From NCBI GenBank assembly GCA_013265495.1, contig MU058065.1, forward strand, positions 8,659,819 to 8,723,818: 64,000 nt of DNA, read 5' to 3'. Below, one piece after another: positions 12,631 to 25,602 of the stretch. The notes under the pieces are model-generated. The model did not search any database. It saw only the letters and a program-made list of their open reading frames with translations, and had not been told where the DNA came from. The stretch comes from Vicugna vicugna (Eukaryota). Both the position numbers and the translations under genes were made by a program. The first letter of the stretch is position 1; every line of letters starts with the position of its first letter.

Positions 12631-15212
12631 ATATTAAATAAAACAGGAAGCAACAAAATGCACAAAAGCATTAAGAGGATGGGAGACAGGGGAAAAGAGG
12701 AACAGTTCACTAGGAAGGAAGAGACAGATGAAACTTGTGAATGCTCACATACCCCTGAAACAGCATTTCCACAATGTGCTGAATTGACGATGAATTAACT
12801 AGTTTATGGGGGTCTGGTTCTAGTCTCTACTTGTGCTGTGCTGACTTGTTTTCTCTGTGTTTTGGATACAGTTTGCAGTAACAGCAACCTGTTAGTCTCT
12901 GGTAAAACCCAGTTCAAAGATATGTGAAGCCTGGACATGTGAGATTGAATAAGCACATCCTAAAGCCATGAAATGTATTAACATTGTTGGGCAGTTATGG
13001 CAACGGAAAAACAGAGTTGATGAACAAGAATGCTTAAAGGGCGATGGCTTAATATAAGGAAAAAGCAGGCACTATGTAGGCTAAGAGGACATACATTCCT
13101 TTATTCGATGAGCTTTGCAAATTCTAATTCTGCTCTGTTTACAACTGCCCTGTTCTCATGAAGCTTACCTTCAACAAATGTTTATTCAGCAACTATAAAA
13201 TTATGCATAACTCAGTGGCTAGGAACTGTGAGAATAAAACAGAGAAATGACAGGACACCTGGCCTCGAGACTGCCTGGAAAGCACAGATTATGTCTGCAA
13301 ATCAGCAAGTCCAGCGTGTAGACGACTACATTTGTGGGGAAAATAGAAGAAAGAGTTGGAGGAAAATAGGACTCAAATCAGTAGGTTCTTAAATGCCAAA
13401 CATGTTAGAATTTGATTCTTTGAAAAGCAGGGACACACTGTTTTTGTTGTTGTTGTTTGTTTGTTTTTCTCTTTTTACTTTTAACTTGAAAAGAAAGCAA
13501 TCAAAAGTGTTTCTGGCTATTTATTCACATATTTTTTGTCCTGTTGATATGATCTTTTTTTAGATAGTAGATGTTCAGTGAACAAAAACAATATCTATTT
13601 TAGTTGCCTGTTTAATGTCCAATGCAATGTGGTAGGCTATGCTTAATATTTAGTTAGTGTAAACACCAGATGTTATTAGAAATTTATGAGTTCTTAGTAT
13701 GGAAGGAATGAAGGACCCCCACCCCCATTGTTTTTAACATTTATTTAGCTAAATTACCAACTGCCTCACCAAGGAAAAATAAGAAACCTAGGCAACGGTG
13801 GCAAACAATTTGCCCAAGAAGACCACTTTTAAATCCCACTGACGTTATCAGGTACTAGGGAGTGTAGACAGTCTATAAGTGGTATGTTCTGTATTTCGTT
13901 GATTCAGCATTTTTTTAATGTTATGTCTCTAAGTAGACTCCAGGAAACTAACATACATTTAAATTATCTAAGGTTCTGGCTAAACATGATCAATCTTATT
14001 CCCCTCTTTCATTGTCCTTTATATCCTCTGTGGGGTCTCCTAGCCCTGAGTGACTGGTTATAATGGACAGGATGAGGGCTGCCACCCCAGGCACCGTGTT
14101 GTATGGGCATCTGAAGAAAGGACGGGGAAACCTGCCACAGAGTTAAAGGGATGGAGGGATGATGGTGACTACGGTAAAGCCTGCCTTTGCTCCTCCAGCA
14201 ATTTCAAGAGAGAAAACAAGAGTTTTTGTAGTTTCCAGAAATAGGACCGACTGCCAGCTTCTTTGCATCCCCCGTCTTAGCCAAGCGGTGGGAGAACAGG
14301 CAGGCACACGCAGGCGGACTACTTTCCTGCTTGTGACAGCTCCAGATTACAAACGTGCAGAACAAGATTACAGCGCAGCGTGCCCAGGCCCCGGGAGCCG
14401 AGTAGGGAGAGCTGGGGTGAGGTGAAGGAAAATCACAAAATCGAGTAAAACAGAGGAGATGATGGGAAGAGGAAGTGGGTGGTAGCTATGGCAGGAAGGT
14501 GGTATGAGGAGGCTGAGTGGGAGAAAGGATGAGGGCATGAGACGGAAAGCCTTGCGCTGCCTGGGGTGTGCCTGAGAGAGGTGTGGGTGTGTTTGCAGAG
14601 GAAGTTGTGGGGGCTGTGTGTGCACAGAATGTATGTTGGGGAGCGGTTTTATGATGTAGGAGTGGGAGGGTGTGTGCAGTAGGGCGTGGAGAGCGGGGGT
14701 GGAGAGAAAAAAAGAGTGTGGAGGGAGGGAAGACTTTCATGGAGCGGCAGGAACACCCATTTCACATAGGAAAATTGCCAGCTGCCAGAGGGTCAAATTG
14801 CCTTTGTGGGAACGGATCAGCTCCCCCACAGTGGATTCTGGCCACAGATCCTCCCCCAGGATATTTGCCAGATTTTTGACCCAAAAAGGGAGGGACACAG
14901 TTTCAGGATTTTAACCACACCCTGATCCATGATCTTTCCCAGGGACTGATGTTTTTGCTTACGTATTATCATACTGTTGGTCACAGGGCAGCATTTCCTG
15001 GCAGACAGTCCAGTGAATAGAACTGTAAATTGGAAAGAAATGCTCGTTTCTAGTCTTGGTTTCTTCATGCGCTTTTTGATAGCCTTTGGAATCCTGCTAA
15101 AATATTTGTGTCTTGGTTCCCAATTTTCCTAGTCACAAGAATATATCAACCAGCTAAGGGAAATATGATATAAACTTAAAAAGTGCAATGAATAAATAAT
15201 TATAAAGACAAC

Positions 15213-15424
15213 TGGATAACAAATTTGAATCCAGTATGAGAAAGAACGTCTACTAATTAGAATTGTTCAAAACTAGAAGGAGGTATGGGTCATGTCATTA
15301 GAAATGTCCAAATGAGGAAGATGATCTGTTGCTGGGCATTTAGGTGGAATTCCAGCAGCAATGGAGAGGTGTACTCAAGACACCCTGAAGAGTTATGCAA
15401 AAACTCTTGAGATGTTATGATTCT
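15213..15424 (+). mobile_element. L3/CR1 LINE 3' end
   Basis: Decayed match to the L3 3' end (tatgagaaagaac...ggaattccagc...aactcttgagatgttatgattct). Confidence 0.55.
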
Positions 15425-15869
15425 AGAACCATATAGTGCTTTAAGCAATACAGAATTATTTCAAAAATATTAAAGTGTCTTAGATATGAAATGATCAAGA
15501 TATGAAATGATCAACTAACAGAGAATGTCTCTGTGTGATCAGCACTATTATTGGATAGGCTGTATGTACAGGATATAAATGTAGACAGAAGTGGAGCCCA
15601 AGACCTCCACAGTGGTCTGAAAACAAGCTGAATGTAGAGAAGAAGGCTATGCTATGTATCAGGGAGAAATATTCAATAAAAATAAGCTTATCAGTCACTC
15701 TTGAAGAGCCTCCATTTCTACGAGCCATCCAGTCTACTTTTGTGTAGAACTGAAAGAACACTAGAAGTTTTCTTTTCAATGATAAAAACTTTCAGATGTT
15801 TTTACAAGGTTTGTTTGAGAGATGGTCCAGAAGTCCTTAGAGCTTCCTTCACTTTCCAAGTACTGTTGA

Positions 15870-15990
15870 TAAGTCACTCACCTATCAAAATGCAGATTCT
15901 GATTTAGCAGGTCTGGATTGGGCCTAAGAGTCTATATTTCAAAGAGATGCTGATGATGCTTGCCCACAGACCACTCCAAGAAGCAAGGCT
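15870..15990. mobile_element. MER5-like hAT fragment
   Basis: aaaatgcagattctgatttagcaggtctgg...gatgctgatgatgct...accactcc. Confidence 0.65.
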
Positions 15991-17630
15991 GGAGGTGAAA
16001 GCATTTAGGGGAATGCTAGGTACTCACCTATTTTCCTAGGCAAGAGCACACAACGCATTAAAAGGGTAAGACTCAATACTATCCCATCCATGGGGTCACA
16101 AAATTAACTACGTAAGAGAAAAGGAGTCTTGTGATGCCATCTGAAAACCATAAGTTGGCTCTTTTCACTGGCCAACATTTACTATGTGAGGGAGTATGAA
16201 ATCTGTGTGGAGCTGGAGTTGGTGTCTCCTTAGGGCGGTGATGATACGGTCTCTTAGGGTTACCCAATGTCAGGGGCTTGTTGGGAACTGCAAACTGCAC
16301 TGTCAAGGAGATGAGGTTTGTTTTAGTCCCCACTTACCTGCTTGTCTTTTCCCTTCTTAGAACATACCTTTCCCTGAGAGGCTACTTTGGCCTCAACTAA
16401 TTATCTTAATCTCCTCTAAGGAAACAGATGGTAAAGAATTTAAGATGTGACCTTTCCCAGGGAACTCTTTAAGACTCCAGATTTTCAAGACACAAAAGGA
16501 TGAAGCTCTTTTAGAAAAAGGTCAGACCCTGTGACAAACAGAAGAGAATATCTTAATAGGTGGGCTTGTTTAAATGGCCTTTTCATTCCTCCACAGACTG
16601 ACCTTACCCGGAATAAAAGGACTGGGGAGAAGTAGCTGTGCTGGGAAGAGTCTCAAGAAGGGTCTCAGTCTTCCTTTGACTCATCAGGATTGACAAGGTC
16701 ATAGAGTGAAAGGCTTGGTCCAAAGGACAGACATTTGAGCACAAGAATTAGCTAAGATTGTTAGCCTTTCTCTGAATGCTTACTTATTTATTTTGCATCA
16801 ATGAATCAGACATAATTAGATTCCACCCTGTTTCTCACCTCGAATAGACAGTAACTAATGTGGTACCATGTATTTTTAACTGTATTAGAAATGTAGGAAT
16901 TCTTTGTTTCAGCCATCCACAACTTAGCTTCCCAGCAGTACTGTCCATCTGGAACACAACTACAAACCAAGAATTATGCAAAAATTTCCCTGAGCAGGCA
17001 AAATAGATGTTATTAAATCATATGCTCAAACTCATATTAGTTAAAGGTCTTACAAGTTATATACTTGACGTCTCCCACTTCATGTCAGTAACCCCTTACT
17101 GCAAATCAGATGTTCTACCTGAAAAAAGCTGACTGGATACCTGTTTCCCATTATTTCAAGTGGGAAAAATTATGTGTCACACATCAGCCCTAAACCACCA
17201 ACACATTTCTGAAAAGGTAACAAAACCATAATAAAATGTGTATATGTAAGTAACAAACAACATACTATGATGTAAAATGACTGAAAAAGGCTTACTGGTC
17301 ATGAAAGGACTGACAGGGAAGTTAATTCTGCCCTGAGTGCTTCGATGTCTCTCTTAGTACCAGCGACACGGAAATTTACCTTTATTGATGACGTGCGCTT
17401 TTTAAAGTATGTGCACATGATTCTGCCTTTCTATCGGTTACTTTCCCCACATGCTGCTTTTTAAAAATGTCCTATTGAGTTTTGACTATGTAAATATGTA
17501 TTTTCCCCATAAAAATATCAGCCCCAAATGATATATTGAGAGAGATATCTGTTCCATGAAGTTGGGTGTCAAAAACCAAGAGTTGTCCTATGAGAAGAAT
17601 GGAAAGTGGGAAGATGTTTGTGGCCTGTGT

Positions 17631-17750
17631 CTGGTGGAGTGCTGGAGCCCACTTACATTAGTTCACAAGAGCCACGGGTTAAATTTTCAGGAATTTAGCA
17701 AGCTGGTTGGTGTCACATTGATAACTTGAAATCAGCCATGGTGGAATGTG
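17631..17750. mobile_element. MER63-like hAT-Blackjack fragment
   Basis: gtgctggagccc...aagagcc...ttaaattttcaggaattt...cttgaaatcagccatggtgg. Confidence 0.6.
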
Positions 17751-19659
17751 GCTGGAAAGTGACTTGTGCTGTTTCTCAATCCAAGCATAGAAGAACTAGT
17801 CACTCTATTTTCAGCAAGCTTATTTTTTAATGGACTCTTTTTTTCACGGATGTAGGCAACGATGTCATGAATGATGCTCGGCCAAGTGTGATTGTCATAG
17901 AGTGTGTGTCCTGATTTAAGAAATGTTGAAATATAAAAATTAAAATGAATAAAATAAGTGTGCTTTAGAATCTATTAAATATCACATTTACCTAAGGGTG
18001 AGATTGCACTGAAACTCAGCCTTAAAGATTTTTGAAAACTTGATGGACAGGAGGGAGAAAATCCTCATGATTTAAAAGCTATAGACAGTTTTTCCCTCCC
18101 TAGAGATGGCAGTTAGAATTCACTTTCAGGGCAGATTGTTCTCTTATTTTGGGGAAATCATCAGAATAAGTCATTTAGATGTCCAAACCTAAGCAAAGGC
18201 CTTGTTCAGAGTTGGTGATTTTCAATCAGGGTGACTCTGAGCTGCTAAACACCTTTGTAATATAACTCAACAGCAAATGCCCATAATCTGCAGAACGGCA
18301 TCTCTGCACATTGTATTTCCCTTAGATAAATATTTATTATCTTCAAAGAGTGAATTTAGACTATATTGTGCCTGAAAAGTATCACTTGTTCATTGGGAGA
18401 TTTGCACGCACTCTTGTTCAGAAGTAAAATCTGGAAAGATTGCATAAAGGATGAGCACGCAAGATCTGTGTCTCACACCAGTGGACAGAGCACCCAGGGG
18501 AACAGAACAGCACTAGGTAGGGCTCAGCTGGGCCGAGACTACCAGTGTCTGTGAGCTACGTAAGGTCAACGAATCTAGAATGTATCGATGTTGCACTGTT
18601 GGGTTTTGATGCATTATCCTATTAGCAACTGTGGGACAGGCTCATGATTCTGTTGGTCTACCATCTTAGGAAAAGCAGTAAGATGCTGGCACCAATGAAA
18701 GATGATTGGGGAAGTGGGCCTTGAACTGGAGGGAGGGAGCATCTCTTTCCCATCTCTGGAGCCTGGCAGCAGGCTTGTGCTTGAAGTTGTGGATACCTTT
18801 GACCTGCTTCTGGGGCTGGACTGAGCGGGACAGGGGTGGGAATTAAAGAGTCATATATTTGTGCAGGACTCAGAATGGGTCTGAGCCTCACAGGGTTCAG
18901 GCGTAAGCTCATCCGGTACAAATCCAGCAGTGGTACTACCGTGTACTTCTCTTCTGTTATTCCCCAGCTTTCAGCTAAGCTTGTTTAAAGCGCAGCCTGG
19001 TCTCTGAGGGCTGGAGTTTCACAGCTGAGATGACATGACACAGAGGAGTAGGGCGCTTTCCCCTGAAGTCAAAGAGGTGGGAGCAGCCTATTAGGAGTGA
19101 ACGGTCTTTCCTGCAAACCCACTCACAGTAGTGAAAACAGAAGCCTGAAGAACAGGACAGAAGATCAAAATTCTTATTTAAAGCAAGCACAAGTAATGAA
19201 AGAAACAAAAGGAACAAACCACAGAAACCCCGTGGGACCAGGTGACGGTCAAATAGTGCCACACAGCTCCAGCTGATGCCCTGGGGCCTGAGATGCCACT
19301 CTCTCACAGCCTAGTACAAAGATGCATGTTTGTCATGACAATTGCAGGTCTCAAGAAGAGGCTGTTTGGCAAACTCAGTTTAAGATCACGTAACAGTTCA
19401 ACCCTCCACTGAGGAAGATTTTTACACAATTTGTTGATGTAAAAAAAATCCTTATGGTATAGAAGTGTAGCCATCAGTTATTTGGAGAACTTGGGTTCTG
19501 TGGATGTTGACTTCCGTGGGAAACCTAGATAGCCAGAGATTTGCCTGTTCAATTCATGGCACTGGCACTACAGGACTTCTGAAGACAAACATGGTGTTTT
19601 CCCTGAAAGCACTTGGAGACGTTCCCTGTGTGTTGCTAACAATGCTCTTGCAGCTCATA

Positions 19660-20490
19660 TGAATCTAACAAGCATGAATTTATCTAAATCTTTCTTTTTC
19701 CTATTTATATTTGTGGACTATGCAACATCTTGAGGATAATGAGTTCCATATGTTTACTACCCACTGTATAAAGTAATGCCATCTTTTATTTATCTTTAAA
19801 CTACTTTCAGAGAATTTCAATGGGTGCCCTTCAGTTTTAGCATTCCAGGATTTGGGTAGCTAGCACAGACAGGGCTTTACGGAGATAAGAAAAAAGCACT
19901 CCCTCTGGGCACTCAGTTTAGGAACGGGTGCCCCCTCTTTGGGGCAGGTGCAGCCTTGGGCCAGGTGCACGGCTCAGCGAGCAGCACGGCTAGGTTTCAG
20001 TCCCAGCTCGGTCCCCTCCCAGGTCCCTCCCCCTCACCATGCCCCTGCCCCATGCCCTTGCTGGGTACCACTGGTATAATGCTATACAGCACCCCTGGGC
20101 TTCACCACGCATGTCCTTTGGAGATTTTACATATTTTGATAACATCTTTTCTCAACTATCATCTTTCTAAAGGATCTTAGTCTTCCTGTTAATTTTTAAT
20201 TTAGAGTCTATTGATCCTTCTCTGCCTTTGTTGGAATGTGGGGATGGGGCAGCTATAAAACAGAGGGCAGAGGAACAAGTCAATGACAGATTCTATTTCC
20301 AGGGTTTCTAATGATTCAGGTAATTCAGAGATGACAGTCTTATAATCACAGTTTAGGTTAATTTGCCCCAGACTCACTGTCTGCTTGTTGCCCATGCAGA
20401 GAGTTATTGGATACTTTTCTATCCATTTTCTAAGCCTGACGAGCTCTCTTTTCATTTTATCTTCATCAGCTCAGAACTGTATCGCCTGTA
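19660..20490 (-). mobile_element. Ancient CR1-clade LINE (L3/CR1_Mam-like) ORF2 remnant, interrupted by a hAT element
   Basis: Minus ORF 20201-20455 (KRELVRLRKWIEKY...NKQTVSLGQINLNCDYKTVISEL) resembles the CR1 RT C-terminus; gagttccatatgtttactacccactgtat...ttcaatgggtgccc resembles the antisense CR1 3' ORF2. Confidence 0.6.
19870..20097. mobile_element. hAT-Tip100 (MER91-like) non-autonomous transposon
   Basis: Termini cagggc.../...acccctg, GC-rich body, agaaaaaagcactccctc subterminal motif. Confidence 0.5.
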
Positions 20491-21463
20491 CCTGCCCCTG
20501 TCCAGACTTCACTATTTCCTTTCTCAAAATATGTTCAAATCCTAGATAATACAAGAACTATCATCATACAACTTTAAGAAAAATACTGAAGATCATGAGT
20601 TTATTCCCCCTTAAAAAAATCTTTTTAAACCTCTTTCCTTTCTAGATACACTCACCTAGCTCAGCGCCTGACACTTGGTTGCTACTCAGTGAAAGTTTCC
20701 CCTGACAGTCAGTTTTGTTTTGGTTCCGCTTACTATAGAGAAGCAGCCTCTGCTGTAACCATCTGCAAGGCCCTCATTCTCCTTGTTCTGCTCAGTGAAC
20801 ACTGGAATTTTAGTGATGTTTGGGTTATGTTAGATCCTTCTAGCAGTTAGTCATCCAGTGAAATTCAATTGTTCAACTTTCTTTCATCCCAGATCTTTGT
20901 CTCCACATTTAAAATATATGAAGTATTTCTGAAGCTAAAATTTCAATTTCAATAATATCTATAGATGAAATGCTTACATATTTTTCTTCTTTCTACTATA
21001 GTAGAGATTTTCTGGGGGAGAAATGTTCTATACCAACGTGAACCATTAGAGATTTTTATCCTAAGCATGTTCTCTTCAATGAAGACTTCTGCTATTTTCA
21101 AACTGTTGAGTTAAAAATTTTTATAAAACTTTAAACACATAAAAATAGAGTGAATAGTTTAAAAATACCAGATATCCACCATCCTGCTTCAACAATTTTT
21201 AATAGTTCTTAAAAAAAAAATATATATATATATGCCTTGACTTCTGTTGTCACTTCTATGCCTGAAATTCTCAGATTCTTCCTCCTCTTGTGGGCATTTT
21301 TATTTTAACCTCTTGCGGAAAGTTGAAAATTTATTTATGTAATCATAAGCGCCCCATACCTCCAGGTGTATTACCCACAGAATGACATGAGCTGTAGACT
21401 CAATTCCCAGTCACTGGGTGTTTGAGTGTCACTCCCATATTGTTGTTGCTGGTTATTCCCCTT

Positions 21464-21908
21464 TGCTAATGGAGACAATTCTCCAAGGGTTTCTTATATT
21501 TCTGTACACCTGTGAGCAAAGCACTGACTTGCCCTTTGTTCCTTTCAAAGGATGTTTGTATAGCGAAGAGCCTTGAAAGTGAGAGGTGGTGTCTCTCACT
21601 GGAACAAAGAGCAGACATACTTATCGGCCATTATAAAAAGATTCCGGTTCCCTGAGCTTGGGGTTCTTCTGTAACACAACCTGCTGCGTGCGCAGATGTC
21701 ACCTGATCCTTTTCTCTTCACCCCGTGGGAATTGGGACTTAGGGAACTGATGCAAAAATGCTGCTGCTCTGGGTGTTGCTAGTGCTGTAATAAACCTCAT
21801 CTCTGACCTATGAATCTCGGGCTTTCTACTAGCACCTACGACACTAAAGCAGGCTAACTTTTTGGTTTGCAAGTAGAGTAAACATCAGACCCTTCACAGT
21901 TCTTGACA
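21464..21908 (+). mobile_element. 5' LTR of ERV-L provirus (LTR47/LTR40-like)
   Basis: ggagacaattctcc start, TATA box ttataaaa at about 21631, AATAAA at about 21789, ends ttcttgaca; followed by a degenerate tRNA-Leu-like PBS (tgccagtgacagtgggat). Confidence 0.8.
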
Positions 21909-24900
21909 GTTTTGCCAGTGACAGTGGGATGCTGACAAAGACTTGGCTTTCTAGAAGAGGAAGGAATGCTTCCCAGGCCAATTAACAGGATTTGAGGAAA
22001 GGCTATGAAAATCGGTAGTGAATTGACCCAATGTTATGGGCAATTGGGAAATAAAATTGTGTTTGTCTGTTTGTTTTTAACTTTATTGCCTGCTAAAGAG
22101 ATGGAATTGGGAGGGTGGCTGCAGGCTGAGTTACCAGGAAGTAGTTTCAGAGTTAGCTGCCTGACCAGTGCCCTGCTTGTTGCTAGCTCTCCTCTGGGTG
22201 GGGGAACTTCCTCATCAACTGAAGGGTCAACTCTGCCCCACTGTAACAGCCGGTAGGTACTGAAATTCATCCCAGGTGGGAAGAAGGTTCCACCTTCATT
22301 CAGACAAGTTATAGAGACCCACGTCCACACTGAGCATGAAAGGAAGGAAAATTTGCCCATTATAGGCACAAGCCAGACAGATCATTAGCACTTTGGCTGG
22401 TTTGCTCGGGAGATGAAGGCGTGAGGTGTGTAATGCACCTCAAAGAAGAACGGCAACAGCTGGGCTTTCTTATAGCTCAGCTCCTCCTGCTAACTTTAGA
22501 TCCATTTGGAGATGACAGTAAAAGGTCTCAGACTTTTTTTGCAGTGGATCCTGGCTTCCAAAAGGGAGCATTGGCCTTCATGGGGAGATTTTTCTGAGAC
22601 AGAAAAGCTCCTGTGGGAAACCACAGATGCAGTGTTGACTAGGATCCAGGCTCCTACTCCCCTGGATTGGATTTACAATGTTGATGAATGAGGATGAGAA
22701 AATGATGCCCCTCTACCCTCTCTGACTGGCCTCAGCCACATTAAGGAGAAATGACTAGAGGTGGGGGTCGATATTTCCCTGTCTCTAAGGAGGATCAATC
22801 CCATACACAGCCACCTGTAAGCCGGGGAATCGCAGAGTGAATCAAACTTTTATAGCTCTGTTGGATACAGGAGCCCAAGACATTGTCTTCCTGGACATGT
22901 GCAAGGAAAAGGCATGCAGACTCAGCTAACGGGGTTTGGGCAGGGTCCACAGAAGCTAGCCTGACTTTGAGTGGGGCCCTTTGAGCCAATTCAATGTACA
23001 GCTGTTGCTGCTTCTACATCTTAATGTCAATAAGAATTGGTGCTTGTACTTTTTATAAGTGCCAGAGAAGATTCTCTTCAACTGAGAAGAGCTGCGTGGA
23101 GAGAATGCTAATGGGACACAGACATTTTCAGTGGTGCCTAGGGAGTTCTGGTACCCCTGGAGGAGCACTGAACACACATGGAGGCCTTGCCATGCAAATG
23201 AGACTGATCTTGATCTTCAAGTGCTAGTAGTATGGTGTCATTAGCCTGTAAAGTGCCATCAATCTGTAACATGGATTCAGTTACAGTTACAACATCTGGC
23301 ACAGCTGATGCTATGGGTGCAACAACCGACTTCGGTTGCCAGTATGTGTTTCAGCATTTAGTGAGTGCCTCTACCCTCTGATGTCCAAAGCTTGCATCAT
23401 ATAGATGATGTCTTGTCAACTGGCAAGTCAGAAGCCTCAGTTCAGCTACTCTTAATGCAGTACATCATACCTCTGTTAACAGAGGTGGCTGGTAAACCTT
23501 GACAAAATTCAGGAGTCTGCCGACCAAGTGAAATTTCCTGGTACTATGTGGGTAGACCCACAACACAATTTCTCCCGCAGTGAAGGAAAAATTGCTGTCC
23601 CTTTGCCCTTCTACCATCAAAAAAGAGGCCCACGGTAGACAGTTTGAGTATTGAAGGCAGTCTGTGCCTCACTTGGGGATTCTATTTGCTTCTTTCTATG
23701 GGCTAACTTGCAAATCATCATCCTTTGAATGGGACCCAAACCAACAGGCTGTCTGGAAGGTTATACCACACTCTCTAATTTGGGGACCCAAAACTCTCAT
23801 GACCACTCTGAATTACAAATCTCTGTGACTGAGGATTTTGTTGATTGGAGCCTCGAGCAAAGGGAGGCAGTCTGCACTCAGGGATGCTCCCTTGGGGTTT
23901 TGGATTCATCACTTCCCTGATGCAACTACCAGAAACACTCTTTTTGAAAAGTAGCTATGAGCTTGCTACTGTGCTCTTATCAAAACTGAACGCCTGACCT
24001 ATGGAAACCTTGTGACTCTCTGACGTAATATTCCTATTTTTGGGTGAGTCAACTCAGATTCAATGGCTAACAAAGGGGGACAGTCCCAAGATGCTTCACT
24101 TGTCAAACGAAAATGGCATATTCAAGAACACAATCAGTTTGGCCTCAGCAGCACCTAGGCTCTACGTGTAAACGTGGTACCTACTCCTTTAGGGGAAACT
24201 CTATGCCCCATTATGTCAACTGAAACAAACTCACTGGCTCTACCGGGCCCTCAGTTTGCAGCTGTTTCTCTAACTGCCTGGGCCTGATTATTCCATTAAG
24301 CTGAGACCTGGTGCTATTCACTGGGCTGCTATGGCTGTTCAACTTCAGTGCCAGTGATGAAAAAACAAAAATGAATGAAGTTTGTCCACTCAGTGGGCAG
24401 AATCCAAGGCTGTCCTCATAGCTCTGGACAACACTGTCCTTGAAGAACCTTGTTACATTTTTTACTGACTCTTGGGCTGTTGCCAGTGGTCTAGTATTTG
24501 ATCTTTTTCTTAGAACTAAAGATTGCCAGATTGGAGACACTCTCTTGGGGGCTGTAAACGGTGGCAATAAATTGTGGCTGCTGACAGAACTGTCCGGATC
24601 AAGCCCAGGCTAAGAATTTGTTCTCTGATGAGACTGACTTGACTTAAGCTGCTGATTAAGCTATTACCACCCAGGTCTCCACCATCCCTGCCTGGATCGT
24701 GGCAGTACTGGATGTGGAAACACATACTATGGGAACATCACAGTCCAGACACAAAGTCAAGGCCTCTATGTTTCTGATGCAGAGGCTACTGCTTCATGCC
24801 AGACTTAGAACTCCTGCCAAAAGTTGACCCATCTGTCTCATATAAGGGAGGGCACATCGGGTGGGGCATCGACCCCATCCATCCCGGCAGAAGAACTGCA

Positions 24901-25460
24901 TTTGACCTTTGATATCCTCTCAGGGCTGTCCATGGGCCTCAGTGCCATTGATACTTTTTCAGGTTAGAGGATTTCTCTTCCAGTCTGATCAGCCAACTCT
25001 GGCAACACTATTGTGGCCCCTGAAACTAATGCAGGTCAAGTTCTTGGCAGTGTGGGCCATCTGCAGTCAGACAGCAGTGCGCCTTTTATGACAAACCACT
25101 CAATGGGCTGACGGTCAAGGGGTTTGCTGAAACTCCTGTGCTCCCTGCCGCCCATGGGCACCTGGAATTGCCGAGCACTGGAACGGCCTCCTTAATAACT
25201 GACTCAATAATATTTCTGACTCTGCCTTCCTCACCTCCTCCGGGTCCACACCCCTTAGTAAGATAATTAGATCGTTGAATGCAAATCTCCCCAGAAGGGG
25301 GTCCTTTTCTCTCAGCTGCTGCCTGGGTAATGATTAGGAAGAAAGGGGTAGGAAGTTTTACAGCCCTGATTATAAAATTTAGGACTCAACGCTGACCGTT
25401 CCCAGGTGAGATGCTTTTACTTTTCTCCTAATCGCAACCCCAGGCCAGCCTGGTGTGGTT
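21909..25460 (+). pseudogene. ERV-L (class III ERV) internal region: decayed gag-pro-pol, internally deleted, no env seen
   Basis: gag-like WPSWGD...LLW...LDWIY (about 22570-22690); protease LLDTGAQ (DTGA 22864-22875); RT HIDDVL (HIDD 23398-23409), VNLDKIQ...VKF, KEKLLSL..TIKKEA, FEW; RNase H YIFTDSWAVASGL (about 24455-24493); integrase IDTFSG and WNGLL (about 24945-25195); many stops and frameshifts. Confidence 0.9.
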
Positions 25461-25602
25461 CACCTACTATTGCTGTGAATAATAAACTGTCTTTTGTCTC
25501 TGGTTTCTTCTTATTTTCTTATTTCCCCTACCAGAATACATGAAGCGATGGCAGGGTAACTTGTCAGCTTGCACCTAGGAGTACAACATCAGACTCTTGA
25601 CG
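25461..25602 (+). mobile_element. Partial 3' LTR (R/U5 portion) of the ERV-L provirus
   Basis: tgctgtgaataataaac...gcagggtaacttgtcagcttgca...aacatcagac.cttgac aligns by eye to 21780-21908. Confidence 0.75.
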
